This document shows positions 24,300-35,040 of a stretch of 56,120 nt of DNA, in pieces; the stretch's first letter is position 1; every line of letters starts with the position of its first letter. Under the pieces are notes generated by a model. The model had not been told where the DNA came from, ran no database searches, and saw nothing but the letters and a program-made list of their open reading frames with translations. Source of the stretch: Chara braunii (lineage: Eukaryota > Plantae > Charophyceae); assembly GCA_003427395.1 (NCBI GenBank), contig BFEA01000034.1, positions 2,991,755 to 3,047,874 on the forward strand, in the 5' to 3' direction. Both the position numbers and the translations under genes were made by a program.

Positions 24300-25217
24300 T
24301 CCTTGAGTGATCATTTGCTCAAAAGTCCAACCCCGGCGGATGCCCTCGCCGTGCCTCACGAACTCTAGTAACTCGGAAACCATAACTACTACTCAAGCCT
24401 TCCAAAATGGCTCGCTCAAACCCGGTTCTCAGGCGTTTGTTGAAGGCATTCAAGGTCAACGCTTGTCGAGACCGTTGGCCACGAAAGATGGAACCAGTTT
24501 GAAGACTTTTCACCAAGACGATGGTAACTGTCACTCATCTCCTGGTACAATTCCAAGAAGGTATCACCTTCGTTGAAAGGTTTCTCGAGGTATATCACCA
24601 CAAACTTGCCTCTCCGCTGAGTTTTTGTGTAGTGGGGGTTGAGCTAACTGAGTAGTTGTGTCGATATCACCGCTCTCCAGTCGAAGATCTTCACCTCCTC
24701 GCTGCCAGCTCTCCCAGAGATAAGACTCATAAGTCATTATGTAGAGGCCTCGCAATGATTCAACATATTCCCAATCTTTCTGGATCTTTATAAATGAGCG
24801 GATGTATGCTCGCAGTCAGGCCAATTTTTCCTGAGTCATGGGTGAAGCCTGTTCCTCGTGAACACCTGAATGCACAACCTTATTTCGATAAGCGCAACGA
24901 TATATTTGGACCTTGACCGTTTGGCATGGGTTGCTGACCCCGTCCCGACCCAGGAGTTCAAAGCATCGACTAAGATTATTGAAATTTCCCTCTGATGTGC
25001 TGGCTGATACAAAATTTTCCCCATGTTGATCACGAGTACGTGACCGACCCTGTAGATCTAGTATTAAGTATCCTTCAACAAACAATAGGATATCTAAGTT
25101 AATATAATTGCTTAAGTTTCTCCCAACTCCTTGTTGATTCATCCATTGACTTAAACTCCATAATAAGCGGCCCCTCTCTTTATCCGTGGTATGACTCACA
25201 CCTTGATTGGCTATCAA
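24300..25217 (-). pseudogene. Tyrosine recombinase with ALOG-like N-terminal domain (fragmented)
   Basis: LSRCFELLGR..NPCQTVKVQIY..SGVHEEQASPM (N-domain); YLWESWQRGGE (candidate catalytic Arg box); IFRG..LTLNAFNKRL..SSYGFR (decayed HxxR box). Confidence 0.7.
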
Positions 25218-25263
25218 CTCAACACCCTTCTAAAGACCATCTTCATAAGAAATATTTGGAAGA

Positions 25264-25609
25264 GGACCAACTTGTGAGGCCTTATTTACGCTTTGCCCCA
25301 AGAGTCGCTCCAGCCACCACAACCTGCAATCATTCGACTTCATCACTATTCGAATTTCATTCTTATTTTATTTCAGCCATCTGATGCATGAAGGGTGGTG
25401 AACTTTGGGATGGATAGGAGGTGTTGGGGCCCTGGGGGACCAGCTTGTGAGGCCTTATTTACGCTTTACCCCAAGAGTCACTGCAGCCACCACAACCTGC
25501 AATCATTTGACTTCATCAGTATTCTCGTTTCATTCTCATTTCATTTCAACCATCTGATGCATGAAGGGTGGTGAACTTTGGGATGGATAGGAGCTGTTGG
25601 GGCCCTAGG
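25264..25609. repeat. Tandem duplication, 2 x about 173 bp
   Basis: ggacca.cttgtgaggccttatttacgcttt... begins at 25264 and at 25437. Confidence 0.9.
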
Positions 25610-26198
25610 GCTACGACAATTGTTCTATGGAAATCTCTGAGTCATCATTGATTTGTCATTTTATTGGATTACGATCATCTTTGGATTGGGGTCATCAGGA
25701 CCTCCGAACATCATTAAGGGGCTTAGCGCAGAGGCTCTAATTGGTCAAGGTTTTTGACAGCATTTCATCACTCAGTCTGCAGTTCAGGATTAGGATCTCA
25801 CCTAGGTTCTTGGATGGGGCCTAGGGGTGGGGCCATCTCCAATGGGACTATTCCTGGATGAGTGTTCTTTGCTATATATGGATAGTAGCCAACAACACTC
25901 GTCACACTTTGTTTTTCCATTTCTCCGCTTGCCGCACACGCAGAGCTGAGTGGCACATTCCTGCACAACGGGCGACAAGTTGTGAGTATCAGACTCATAG
26001 ATTTTTCCCGGTTTCGCACGGCGAAACATTTTTTCTTCAGGGCTCCCACCCACCCTATATTCCCTCGGTGCTTGGGCCCTGGGGCCACGACAATTGTTCT
26101 ATGAAAATCTCCGAGTCGGCATTGATTTGTCATTTTATTGGATTACGATCATCTTTGGATTTGGGGTCATTAGGACCTCCGAGCATCATCTTAGGGCC
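25599..26198. repeat. Direct repeat of about 120 bp (about 25599-25718 and 26074-26198)
   Basis: cgacaattgttctatg.aaatctc.gagtc..cattgatttgtcattttattggattacgatcatctttggatt present twice. Confidence 0.9.
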
Positions 26199-26434
26199 TC
26201 ACTCCAGTACTCACAGCATGCACAAAAGTAAAAAATATGTCATTTTGCACATCTCGTGAGGAGTAGAGCGAGTGTGATTGCGGTCGGATCCATCCAGGTA
26301 TGGCCGTGATTGAAACCAGATGCATCTTGGAGAGTGCTAGTGTGATTGAAGCATGTCGTCGTTAGAGGATGAGATAGATGAGTACTAGCAAGAAAATGAC
26401 ATAGATGAGGAGGATCCCCTGTACTATACATAGA

Positions 26435-26471
26435 CTGTCTCTTATACACATCTAGATGTGTATAAGAGACA
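26435..26471. other. Nextera mate-pair junction adapter (assembly artefact)
   Basis: CTGTCTCTTATACACATCT+AGATGTGTATAAGAGACA abutting an N gap. Confidence 0.98.
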
Positions 26472-27440
26472 NNNNNNNNNNNNNNNNNNNNNNNNNNNNN
26501 NNNNNNNNNNNNNNNNNNNNNNNNNNNNNNNNNNNNNNNNNNNNNNNNNNNNNNNNNNNNNNNNNNNNNNNNNNNNNNNNNNNNNNNNNNNNNNNNNNNN
26601 NNNNNNNNNNNNNNNNNNNNNNNNNNNNNNNNNNNNNNNNNNNNNNNNNNNNNNNNNNNNNNNNNNNNNNNNNNNNNNNNNNNNNNNNNNNNNNNNNNNN
26701 NNNNNNNNNNNNNNNNNNNNNNNNNNNNNNNNNNNNNNNNNNNNNNNNNNNNNNNNNNNNNNNNNNNNNNNNNNNNNNNNNNNNNNNNNNNNNNNNNNNN
26801 NNNNNNNNNNNNNNNNNNNNNNNNNNNNNNNNNNNNNNNNNNNNNNNNNNNNNNNNNNNNNNNNNNNNNNNNNNNNNNNNNNNNNNNNNNNNNNNNNNNN
26901 NNNNNNNNNNNNNNNNNNNNNNNNNNNNNNNNNNNNNNNNNNNNNNNNNNNNNNNNNNNNNNNNNNNNNNNNNNNNNNNNNNNNNNNNNNNNNNNNNNNN
27001 NNNNNNNNNNNNNNNNNNNNNNNNNNNNNNNNNNNNNNNNNNNNNNNNNNNNNNNNNNNNNNNNNNNNNNNNNNNNNNNNNNNNNNNNNNNNNNNNNNNN
27101 NNNNNNNNNNNNNNNNNNNNNNNNNNNNNNNNNNNNNNNNNNNNNNNNNNNNNNNNNNNNNNNNNNNNNNNNNNNNNNNNNNNNNNNNNNNNNNNNNNNN
27201 NNNNNNNNNNNNNNNNNNNNNNNNNNNNNNNNNNNNNNNNNNNNNNNNNNNNNNNNNNNNNNNNNNNNNNNNNNNNNNNNNNNNNNNNNNNNNNNNNNNN
27301 NNNNNNNNNNNNNNNNNNNNNNNNNNNNNNNNNNNNNNNNNNNNNNNNNNNNNNNNNNNNNNNNNNNNNNNNCACACACGCGCACACACGCACACACGCA
27401 CACACACACACTCACACACATACACACACACACACACTCA

Positions 27441-30400
27441 TATGGAAATAAAGACAAAACACACCCCATACTCCTGTGTGCGCACATGGGGGATACAAAG
27501 CGTATCCCAACTCACCTCCTATGCGCGTGCAGTACGCGAGGTGTGCACATGCACGCGCGTCACCCATCTACGCACGGCGCACCGTGCACCGCAAGTACAA
27601 ACTGAAAGCAGATTGTACCACAAGATACAACAAATAAGCAAGAGCAAAGTATTGAAGTCAATTGATAATGAACACCCTCTCCTCGACTCCAACACCAATG
27701 TCCAGAACATCGCTCTCCTATACGGCGCTCGGCGCCCAGACTACAATCATACAACACCTATCAACCTAGACTTCCTACAACTACAATAGGCCTTCATGAA
27801 GTACAGCAGCCCGAAGACGATTGAAGACTCGGACTGATGCAGCCTGCTTATCACCAGCAGGTAAGCACTCTCACACCGCCTATACCTCATCCTTCCCACA
27901 ATCAGTCTCTCGCCCAAGGAGGACCTCCGCCCGACCTCCTTGGCTTGGCGCCAGTAGCCCAGCTATGGCTGTCGCGCTCTGGTTGCGCTCTGGCAGTCTT
28001 CCTCCATGCGCCCTGCCAGCGCCCTTCCTCTCCTGGCTCGACGCTTGTCAGAACAAGCAAGCGCTCCAGCAGCGCTTCTACCGGCCAACCAGCCAGAAAT
28101 AAATGAAGTGAGTGAGCCTCACTTCCTTTTGAGCTGGCTGGCTGGGTGAGGTAGGCTCTAGATGTGCGGCCTGTCCCAGTAGTTGCGCCCAGGGCCCTTC
28201 CATAATGCGCCTTGGGTTCAACTGCAAGTGCCCTAGGACTTAGCATCTTTGTTGGGCCCAACGTCTTCAATTGATCGGGCTTGCCGGTTGGTTGAAGATG
28301 CTGTGTGCAACAACCAACCCATGAGGCCCTGCTCAAATCGACCTCAGAAAAAGGCCTCGTCGAATTTCCAGAGGGCCCGCCTTTACTTAGGATGGGCGCT
28401 AGCAATCTCCAGCGGGTGCAAGCCCTTTCCAACCTAGGCCTAGCGGCTCATGCTTCCCACTTGTTCCCCCTTCAAGTCGAAATTCGTTTGAGAATTCCTT
28501 AGCCCTTCACTTGTTGTTTCCTCTTCAGCAATTTCTCGTAAGAAGATACAACTTGAGGAGATGTCTTCATAAGCTCCTCTTTAGTAAACCATCGGTCTTT
28601 TTTTGGATCCGTATGATGCTTGAAGGCGACCCAAAATTGCATCCGCATTTTCAGTGGTCTTCCTTTGTCTGAAGGGTTAGGAATAGGTATGAGTTTGTGC
28701 TCCATGATCTGATCGATGTTCACATCCATGGATCTCATTGAAGGAAACCTATTACTTTTTGCAAAAGGAAGCAGTTTGGAGGCATTAAATACTGGGTAGG
28801 CACAAAGGTGAGGTGGTACGCGGATGACGTATGACGGGCCTTGATAAACCTCCAATAGTATGAAACCAGTCAAAAGAACGTGCGCACTTGTGTCACCGAT
28901 GGCGCATCTCGAACTGATTCCAACTTTTTGCAGGTCAAGTTTCAACTTTCAACTTTCAACCCACCGATCGTGATGATGTAACTGAGGAAGGAGGTCTCCG
29001 TCGGAAAGAACTCAAATTTCTCAATTGCCACCATGGAGCCAACATTTCTCAAGGCATGTGTTGCACATGACCCTCGTAGGAATTGTAATATACCAAGATA
29101 TCAATCATATACACAATCACACAATAGTTCATGATGCGCCAACCACATTTTTCGCACGAAGTTTTGAAATGTCATCACGTGCTGAAATGTAGCTGGGGCA
29201 TTGCAGATACCCGTTGGATCCAATCCCCTTCAAATAGCACGAAAGTAGTCTTGGGGCGCTCTCACCGGGATATGATGAAATCCATGATAAATATCAAACT
29301 TGGTGAAAAGAGTATCACACCCAGTGCATCAAGCAACTCATTAGTATAAGGGAGGGGATAGACATCCTTAACTGTGATATCATTTAAGTTCCGATAATTG
29401 AAACATATTCAAATTCTACTGCTTCTCTTCGGAACAATCACAATGGGGAATGGCCAAGGTCCAGTTGCAGGTTCGATCCATCCATTCGCTTCAAACTCTT
29501 TAATATGTTGGTACGCGGCTTGAAGCTGCGCTAAGTAGCGTTGACAAGGTTTGCAACTAATGGCCAAATGATCCCCCATATAGATTGTGTGCTCAATGAT
29601 CATGGTAACTCCAATATTAGTATCCGTCAAACTCGGTGCATCCGAATAAGCATAAATTAATCTTTATTCAGGTCACTGGATTTCTATCGGCACATGAGAT
29701 GGCAAATGTACGGGGAACTCAAAGCCATTTGCAGCAACTTCAGCCGATGGAACACGGTTGCAAAAGATCACTTCGAAGGAGCGGTTGAAAAGAACAAACT
29801 GTCGTTTCAAGTGGAAAAGACAGTGGCGAGTAATTGAGACTCAGTCGAGCTGGCAATTTCGGTCAAGTTTTCATCACAATCAATTGAACTATCAGTAACC
29901 CTTACTCCATCCAATCAATTCAGTCAGAGAAGCTGTCAGATTTGGAACCTCTTTCATAGGTGTTTTTGCTCCTCCCTTGGTCATTCCAATCATCTTAGTT
30001 TTTGTTAGAAGAGGTCGAGGGTGGGGTGACACCAAATCGCAGAAACTAGTTAGTTGTTAATATCATTTACGAAAGCATAGTGTGGCCTCATACAACGTAT
30101 GAGGGGAATTCCAAAACATCAACGGTTGCTGACATATGCAACAAAGGTTCTCCCATGAACTAGACAGAAGGGATGGTCGCAAGCTTACCTTCGATTGTGG
30201 GATTCTTCCTCTCGCTACTCAATAGGAGGGTCTTGGTGGGTCGCGAGGTGATTAGGTAGGAACACGCATGTTCCTTCGCAAATTACCGCATTAGTTCTGA
30301 CCATAAGGACTCAATAGGGAGATCACCATCAAATTGACCCTATTCATTTACCCTTTCTTCGTGAATAATCATTCGTACGTGTAATCACCCCTCAACCCTC

Positions 30401-31500
30401 TTCTTGACTTCTGGCGATCGTCGTACAGTAAGACGGAGGGGGAGCATCTGAGGCCTCCCTCCTGTGTTTGTAACAACGAATTGTCTTATTTCAAAATGCA
30501 ATCGCACCTTGAGGGCACGAATCCAAGGCAGTCCCAAAAGCACATTAGACGTTAGGACATCCAAAACAAATACATCGCAGAGTAGCACTCGTCCTATCCG
30601 GACAACTGCATTTCATACAAACCCAATCACATTGATTTGTCCTTTGTCGGCTGTAACATAGTTTTTGGTTTTAGGGATGCGCAAGATGGCAAGTGCCCGC
30701 CCCAGCTTCATAACCAATCTCATAGACAAAGAAATTATAGTGAAACCAATATCCATTATACCTTGCAATCACACGCTGCACACGTCCACGCAACGAGACC
30801 AACTTTAACAAAGTGATCTCTTTCACCATGGGAGATAGTAGTGAGTCGTCCTACCTCTGGTTTGGATACGTTCTTGGGAGCTTATGAAGTCGATGTTGTG
30901 AGACGAATTAGACAATCGGGTCGTTTGACAGTTTCGTTAATATTTGTTTCCTTCCTAAATGTTCTCTGTAAACATTGATAAGTAAATCACTTTTGATATT
31001 GCAGGCGGTGCTGAAGCATTTTTTCGCTAGCCACCTGTGATATGGTCAAAAGATGTTGTACCGGGATAGGTACTTGTTAATTGAGTTTACGAAGCACAAA
31101 TATAACATTACTCTCACCAGCCTTGAAACGAAATTTAGGCTCACAATCGATTGGGATCCAATGCAGCTCCTTTTTGTCATAGAGTGGTCGTATAGCTTCA
31201 ATGAATCAGTTAGACTAAGGAAGTTTTCTTGTTTCAAAGTGATATCCGCCATATCTCCGACTTTGAAGGACGTCACTACTGAGGTCATAGAGGCGCCACT
31301 TTGCTTGCCATCTAATAAAGCTCCTACTCTACCTTGATGTGCAGTTATAGGGGCAGCAGCAGGGAAACTTGACCAGAACGCATGGGTTGAGGGTAATCTC
31401 ACACCAAGTGTCCGGGCTGACCACAATTGAAGCATGTGTGTAGATCAAGGATGGGAGGAACAGCGGCGATAACAATCACAGCAAGAGGTGTGGGAGGAGG
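27441..31500 (-). mobile_element. Old, internally deleted chromodomain Ty3/gypsy remnant with 3' LTR (about 27441-28459)
   Basis: Chromodomain FWVAFKHHTDPKKDRWFTKEELM (28499-28945), RT start GWIEPATGPWPFPIVIVPK (29409-29630), protease VLLGLPWI (30385-30588), PPT GAAGGGGGAA near 28464-28473; RNase H and integrase core missing; outer boundaries approximate. Confidence 0.8.
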
Positions 31501-31951
31501 AGGAGGGGTGACTAGCACAATAACAACATGTAAGGTAGCAGGCTGTGGTCGAGGGGTCGGCGGTCCCACAAGATTGCCTTTAAACGATTCATAAGATCAT
31601 TTTGTGCTTGCAAAAAAACATAATGTTGTTTCACAGATTATGTCACTATACAACACATCATACTTGCCATATCGAAATTGGTGTTCACGCCCACTGCGGA
31701 TTGAGTGGTGGTCAGTCAAGCAACGATCCAAACTGGCATTGGACCAACTACATATTGGTCCCCGTCGATCCTATTGATCGCTTCTCTCAGGGTCCGTTTG
31801 CCATGCGAGGCTTCATTAGTTCCTTCAATCGACTGATCTTCATAATTTAAGTGTTTTGAGTCGTTCTTCCAATCGATCGAAATAACTTCCTTCATGATCC
31901 GATCTAATGTATGACTTATTGGAGGGGTTCTTTTTCGAAATTTTGCATTAA

Positions 31952-32136
31952 ATCACTAGTACGGTAGTACCTTTGCCGCTTCATAAATGAAGGAAAACGC
32001 CCGTTCCCGAAGAATTTGGAAGTCGGGCCCGAAGACGGCTGCCATTGATAAATCTAATTGACGACCATCATTTCGTTTTGGCCTCTTCAAAGGTCCGAGG
32101 CCCACTATTTTCCGAAACGGCAAAGGTACTAGTGGT
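31952..32136. mobile_element. 185-bp MITE flanked by TTAA
   Basis: ttaa|atcactagtac(ggtagtac)ctttgccg ... cggcaaaggtactagtggt|ttaa. Confidence 0.65.
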
Positions 32137-33151
32137 TTAAGCGATCGGTTTCTCGATCCGTCAATAAAAAGATCCCGACCATTGATCTCAATCCTCCCTA
32201 ATCTTGTTATAACATCTGCGGAAAACGATCAAAGCCTTTCTAACTTTTCGTTTGCTTTTGGTTCCCATCAAATAAGTTATATAAGGATCAACATGATCGA
32301 ATCTTTCAAGAAAAATCGCGAACAAACATTGGCCAATCAACATAGTTGTATTGCAAGAACTATCAGTGAGCAGTTCCTCCTAACAAGGCTAACGACACCT
32401 GTCAATGTTTTGTGGGTAGGTAGCCTCGAGTAGCAAAGTTACAAAACCAGGCTTGTGGCAGATGGATTCCAGGTATGAATGTATACTATGTAGGAGTCAT
32501 ATAGTGGGTGACCGAAGCACGACGAGGAGCGCCCATGTCGATGACAAGATCGCCTCGTCCTCCAGCTCCTTGAGCAATTTCAGCAGCACCGTCTCCTCCT
32601 CCAGCAGCAGGAGGCAATTTAGCGTTGCCGCCTCTGGTCGAGGGTTGAATGGCTACATTCTGCAAAACTACAGGGGACGAGTCGATCGATTGCGTGTAAA
32701 AAGTTGGGTACGACGGAGACAACGGGGAAGAGACGAGGACCTTCCTGATCGCTATCCCACCCCCCTTGCCTGCTTGACAACTCTTGCACATACCAACATG
32801 TGTCAGCTCTGACTGACATCATGCCTGATGCTGCTTTCCTTTCGAAGTGGGTAGAGGGCCAAGGAAAGTGCAAAATGGGGATGTGCCAAGGATTTAGGAA
32901 AAGAAGGGGGGTGGAGTTCCAGGTCGGAACTGGAATCTCCTGCGTGAGATCTGCAAGTGTCGAGCTATGGTGGGAAGAAAAGAAAATAGACTATTGTCGC
33001 GAGACTTTAACTAATCAGAATGCAAACAGATTTTTCCAAAGCCAAGTGATCATATTTGCGGTGCATATGTGCAGTGAGTGCGGCGCGATGCGCTCATCGC
33101 TCATGTGCAACCAAAAAAAAAAGAAAAAAAAAACGGTCGTGATGTGTGTAT

Positions 33152-33235
<84 letters not shown>

Positions 33236-33301
33236 CATGCCAAGAAAGAGGTAGTCGTTGGACTTATGGCAGGGAAGTAGCAGGCCAACTATATATAATG
33301 T

Positions 33302-34641
33302 AGATTCGAATTCAGGTCCATGTTTCAACAGTTATGGATTACTAACTTACTAATTCAGCACGTGATTTTCAGAGCTTCCCTCCAGGGCCTCCACTACTCA
33401 CCAAATGTGCAAAACTAGAATCAATCTTCTGCTAGAACATGGAACCATACGCCACCTTGTGTTTTGTGCAACTGGTGACTAGTGGAGCGGGCCCTTAGGG
33501 CCACTGCACGTAAGAAAAGGAAAACAAAAGGAAGTAGCAGTAACCATACTTGCGGCGTATCTCGTGCGCAACTTACGCATCTGGTGCGAACAAGTTGCGT
33601 ACGCGCGGCGCATAGCGCATAGCGCACGTGCACGTGCACGCATGCGCTCACAAGTGATGTTGTGCTGGCTTTGAATACGGTTCAGCAATAAATATAAAAA
33701 AGGGCAGGGCGTGGTGGCCAAACGTACCCCTCCCTTTAAAAATTCAAACTGCAAAAAAAAAAAAAAATTGGGGCTGCTTCACATCCCAAAGTTGTGTGTG
33801 CATGTGTGTACGTGTGAGTGCACATCCTCGTACGATTAATTCTCTTTTTCAAAGTCCTCTGCAGCAAAACTGCAAGAACCCATTTCCAAGTAGAGAAATA
33901 AATTGAATCTAAAACAATCCTCGAATGGGCCAACAATGTATGTTGTGGATTCGATAGCTGCCCAGAGACCGCTTGTATTAGGGTCTCTCTAGACACCTCC
34001 CTCACAGGCGTAGCCGAAGAGTTGAAGGAGAGGAGGCCCGCTTGGGCCAAGATGAAGAAGGAGAATAAAGGGCAGCTGATCTTACTAGATACAAAGATTT
34101 TTAGAGTGAAAGGACCTCTCCACAGGATGATGGTTGTGCCCTCCCGTTGTGTCGTCGCACAGGTACAGTTCGGTTGGTATGTACATGACATAGCCTCTGC
34201 TCCGAACACTATGAAGGGATGGTCGCTGCTAGCCTCTCACACGAAAATTGTGATCCCCTGTCCTGTGCTCATCCCCCCCACCCCCTGATTACTTGCCCAG
34301 CATGCCGTTGTGGCCTTGATCTGCCATGCTTAAATAACTGTGCGCGTAAGCCTTCCATACTAATGACATGTCAGCAACATGCCATGTGTCGTCAATGCTT
34401 CCCGGAAGCTGTCATAGAAAGTATGTGTCTTTATTGCGTGGACTATCCCCGGTGCCATCACCCTCCACGTCCTCTCGCTGCATGTCCCACATGCGGGTTC
34501 CATGTTCTAGCAGAAGATTCATTCTAATTTGCCACATTTGGTGAGTAGTGCAGCGAAACCCTGATAATCACGTAGAGCATGGCCTAGCTAAGTTATTAAC
34601 CCATAACTGTTGAAACAGAGACTTGAATTAGAATCTAGACC
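33302..34641. mobile_element. Mutator-like (Pack-MULE-type) element with imperfect TIRs of about 145 bp
   Basis: 33302-33446 is the diverged reverse complement of 34496-34641 (cttctgctagaacatggaacc / ggttccatgttctagcagaag; cactactcaccaaatgtg / cacatttggtgagtagtg); ATATAATGT at 33293-33301 and 34642-34650. Confidence 0.7.
34021..34527 (+). pseudogene. Tandem RING-like Cys/His zinc-finger coding fragment
   Basis: One frame reads CALPLCRRTGTVRLVCT*HSLCSEH...CAHPPHPLITCPAC then CLNNCARKPSILMTCQQHAMCRQC...CHHPPRPLAACPTC. Confidence 0.7.
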
Positions 34642-34911
34642 ATATAATGTTAGCCCTCTTTCGTTTCAGGCTCAGCCCCGTTTTCTTGGTTGAGCCTCAA
34701 GTGACTGCCTACTACTCCAGCCCAGCTATAAAAGCAGGGCTGGCCAGCAGGATCCTCACTCAGTTGAGGTGTTGCCCACATTCTGACTGAATGTGGAGTA
34801 GAGAGCAACATTAGGCTGTTGGAGTGTTGAGGGGCAGTAAGTGAGAGGTAGAGTAGAGTGGAGGTCTGCAGTGAGAGGGGAAGGAAGAGGCTGCCATAGC
34901 CGTCGGGGGGC

Positions 34912-35040
34912 ATGGTGCAGGGGAAACTCTACCTGTTTTGCATGGCGGCAACAGTTTTGGCAGGCGGTGCAGGGGAAACTCCGCCTGTTTTGCACGGTGG
35001 CAGCAATTTAGGCAGGTGGTACACAGGAGATTTTGCCCTT
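34912..35040. repeat. Tandem repeat of about 52 bp, 2.5 copies
   Basis: ggtgcagggg(g)aaactc..cctgttttgca.gg.ggca.ca repeated. Confidence 0.8.

Larger units (their letters stand above)
23348..26200 (+). mobile_element. DIRS-order (tyrosine recombinase) retrotransposon, 3' part, degenerate
   Basis: RNase H followed by the DIRS methyltransferase-like domain on plus, recombinase on minus, then direct repeats; right boundary approximate. Confidence 0.8.

Noticed and set aside
26364-26434. SINE-tail sequence next to the DIRS repeats, suggesting a SINE mobilised by a tyrosine-recombinase element
   Set aside because: A related SINE has a 13-bp TSD and another an A tail, which points to LINE-type insertion. 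This piece is more simply a rearranged SINE remnant beside an adapter and a gap.
26435-26471. Tn5 ends or horizontal transfer from bacteria
   Set aside because: Exact Nextera junction adapter.
32453-32960. Coding 3' exons of the DUF1639 gene
   Set aside because: Acceptor-like sites exist, but no frame gives recognisable DUF1639 C-terminal sequence.
34186-34188. Selenocysteine read-through of the in-frame TGA
   Set aside because: It aligns with a non-ligand position of the second unit, and other stops occur in the same frame; mutational decay is simpler.
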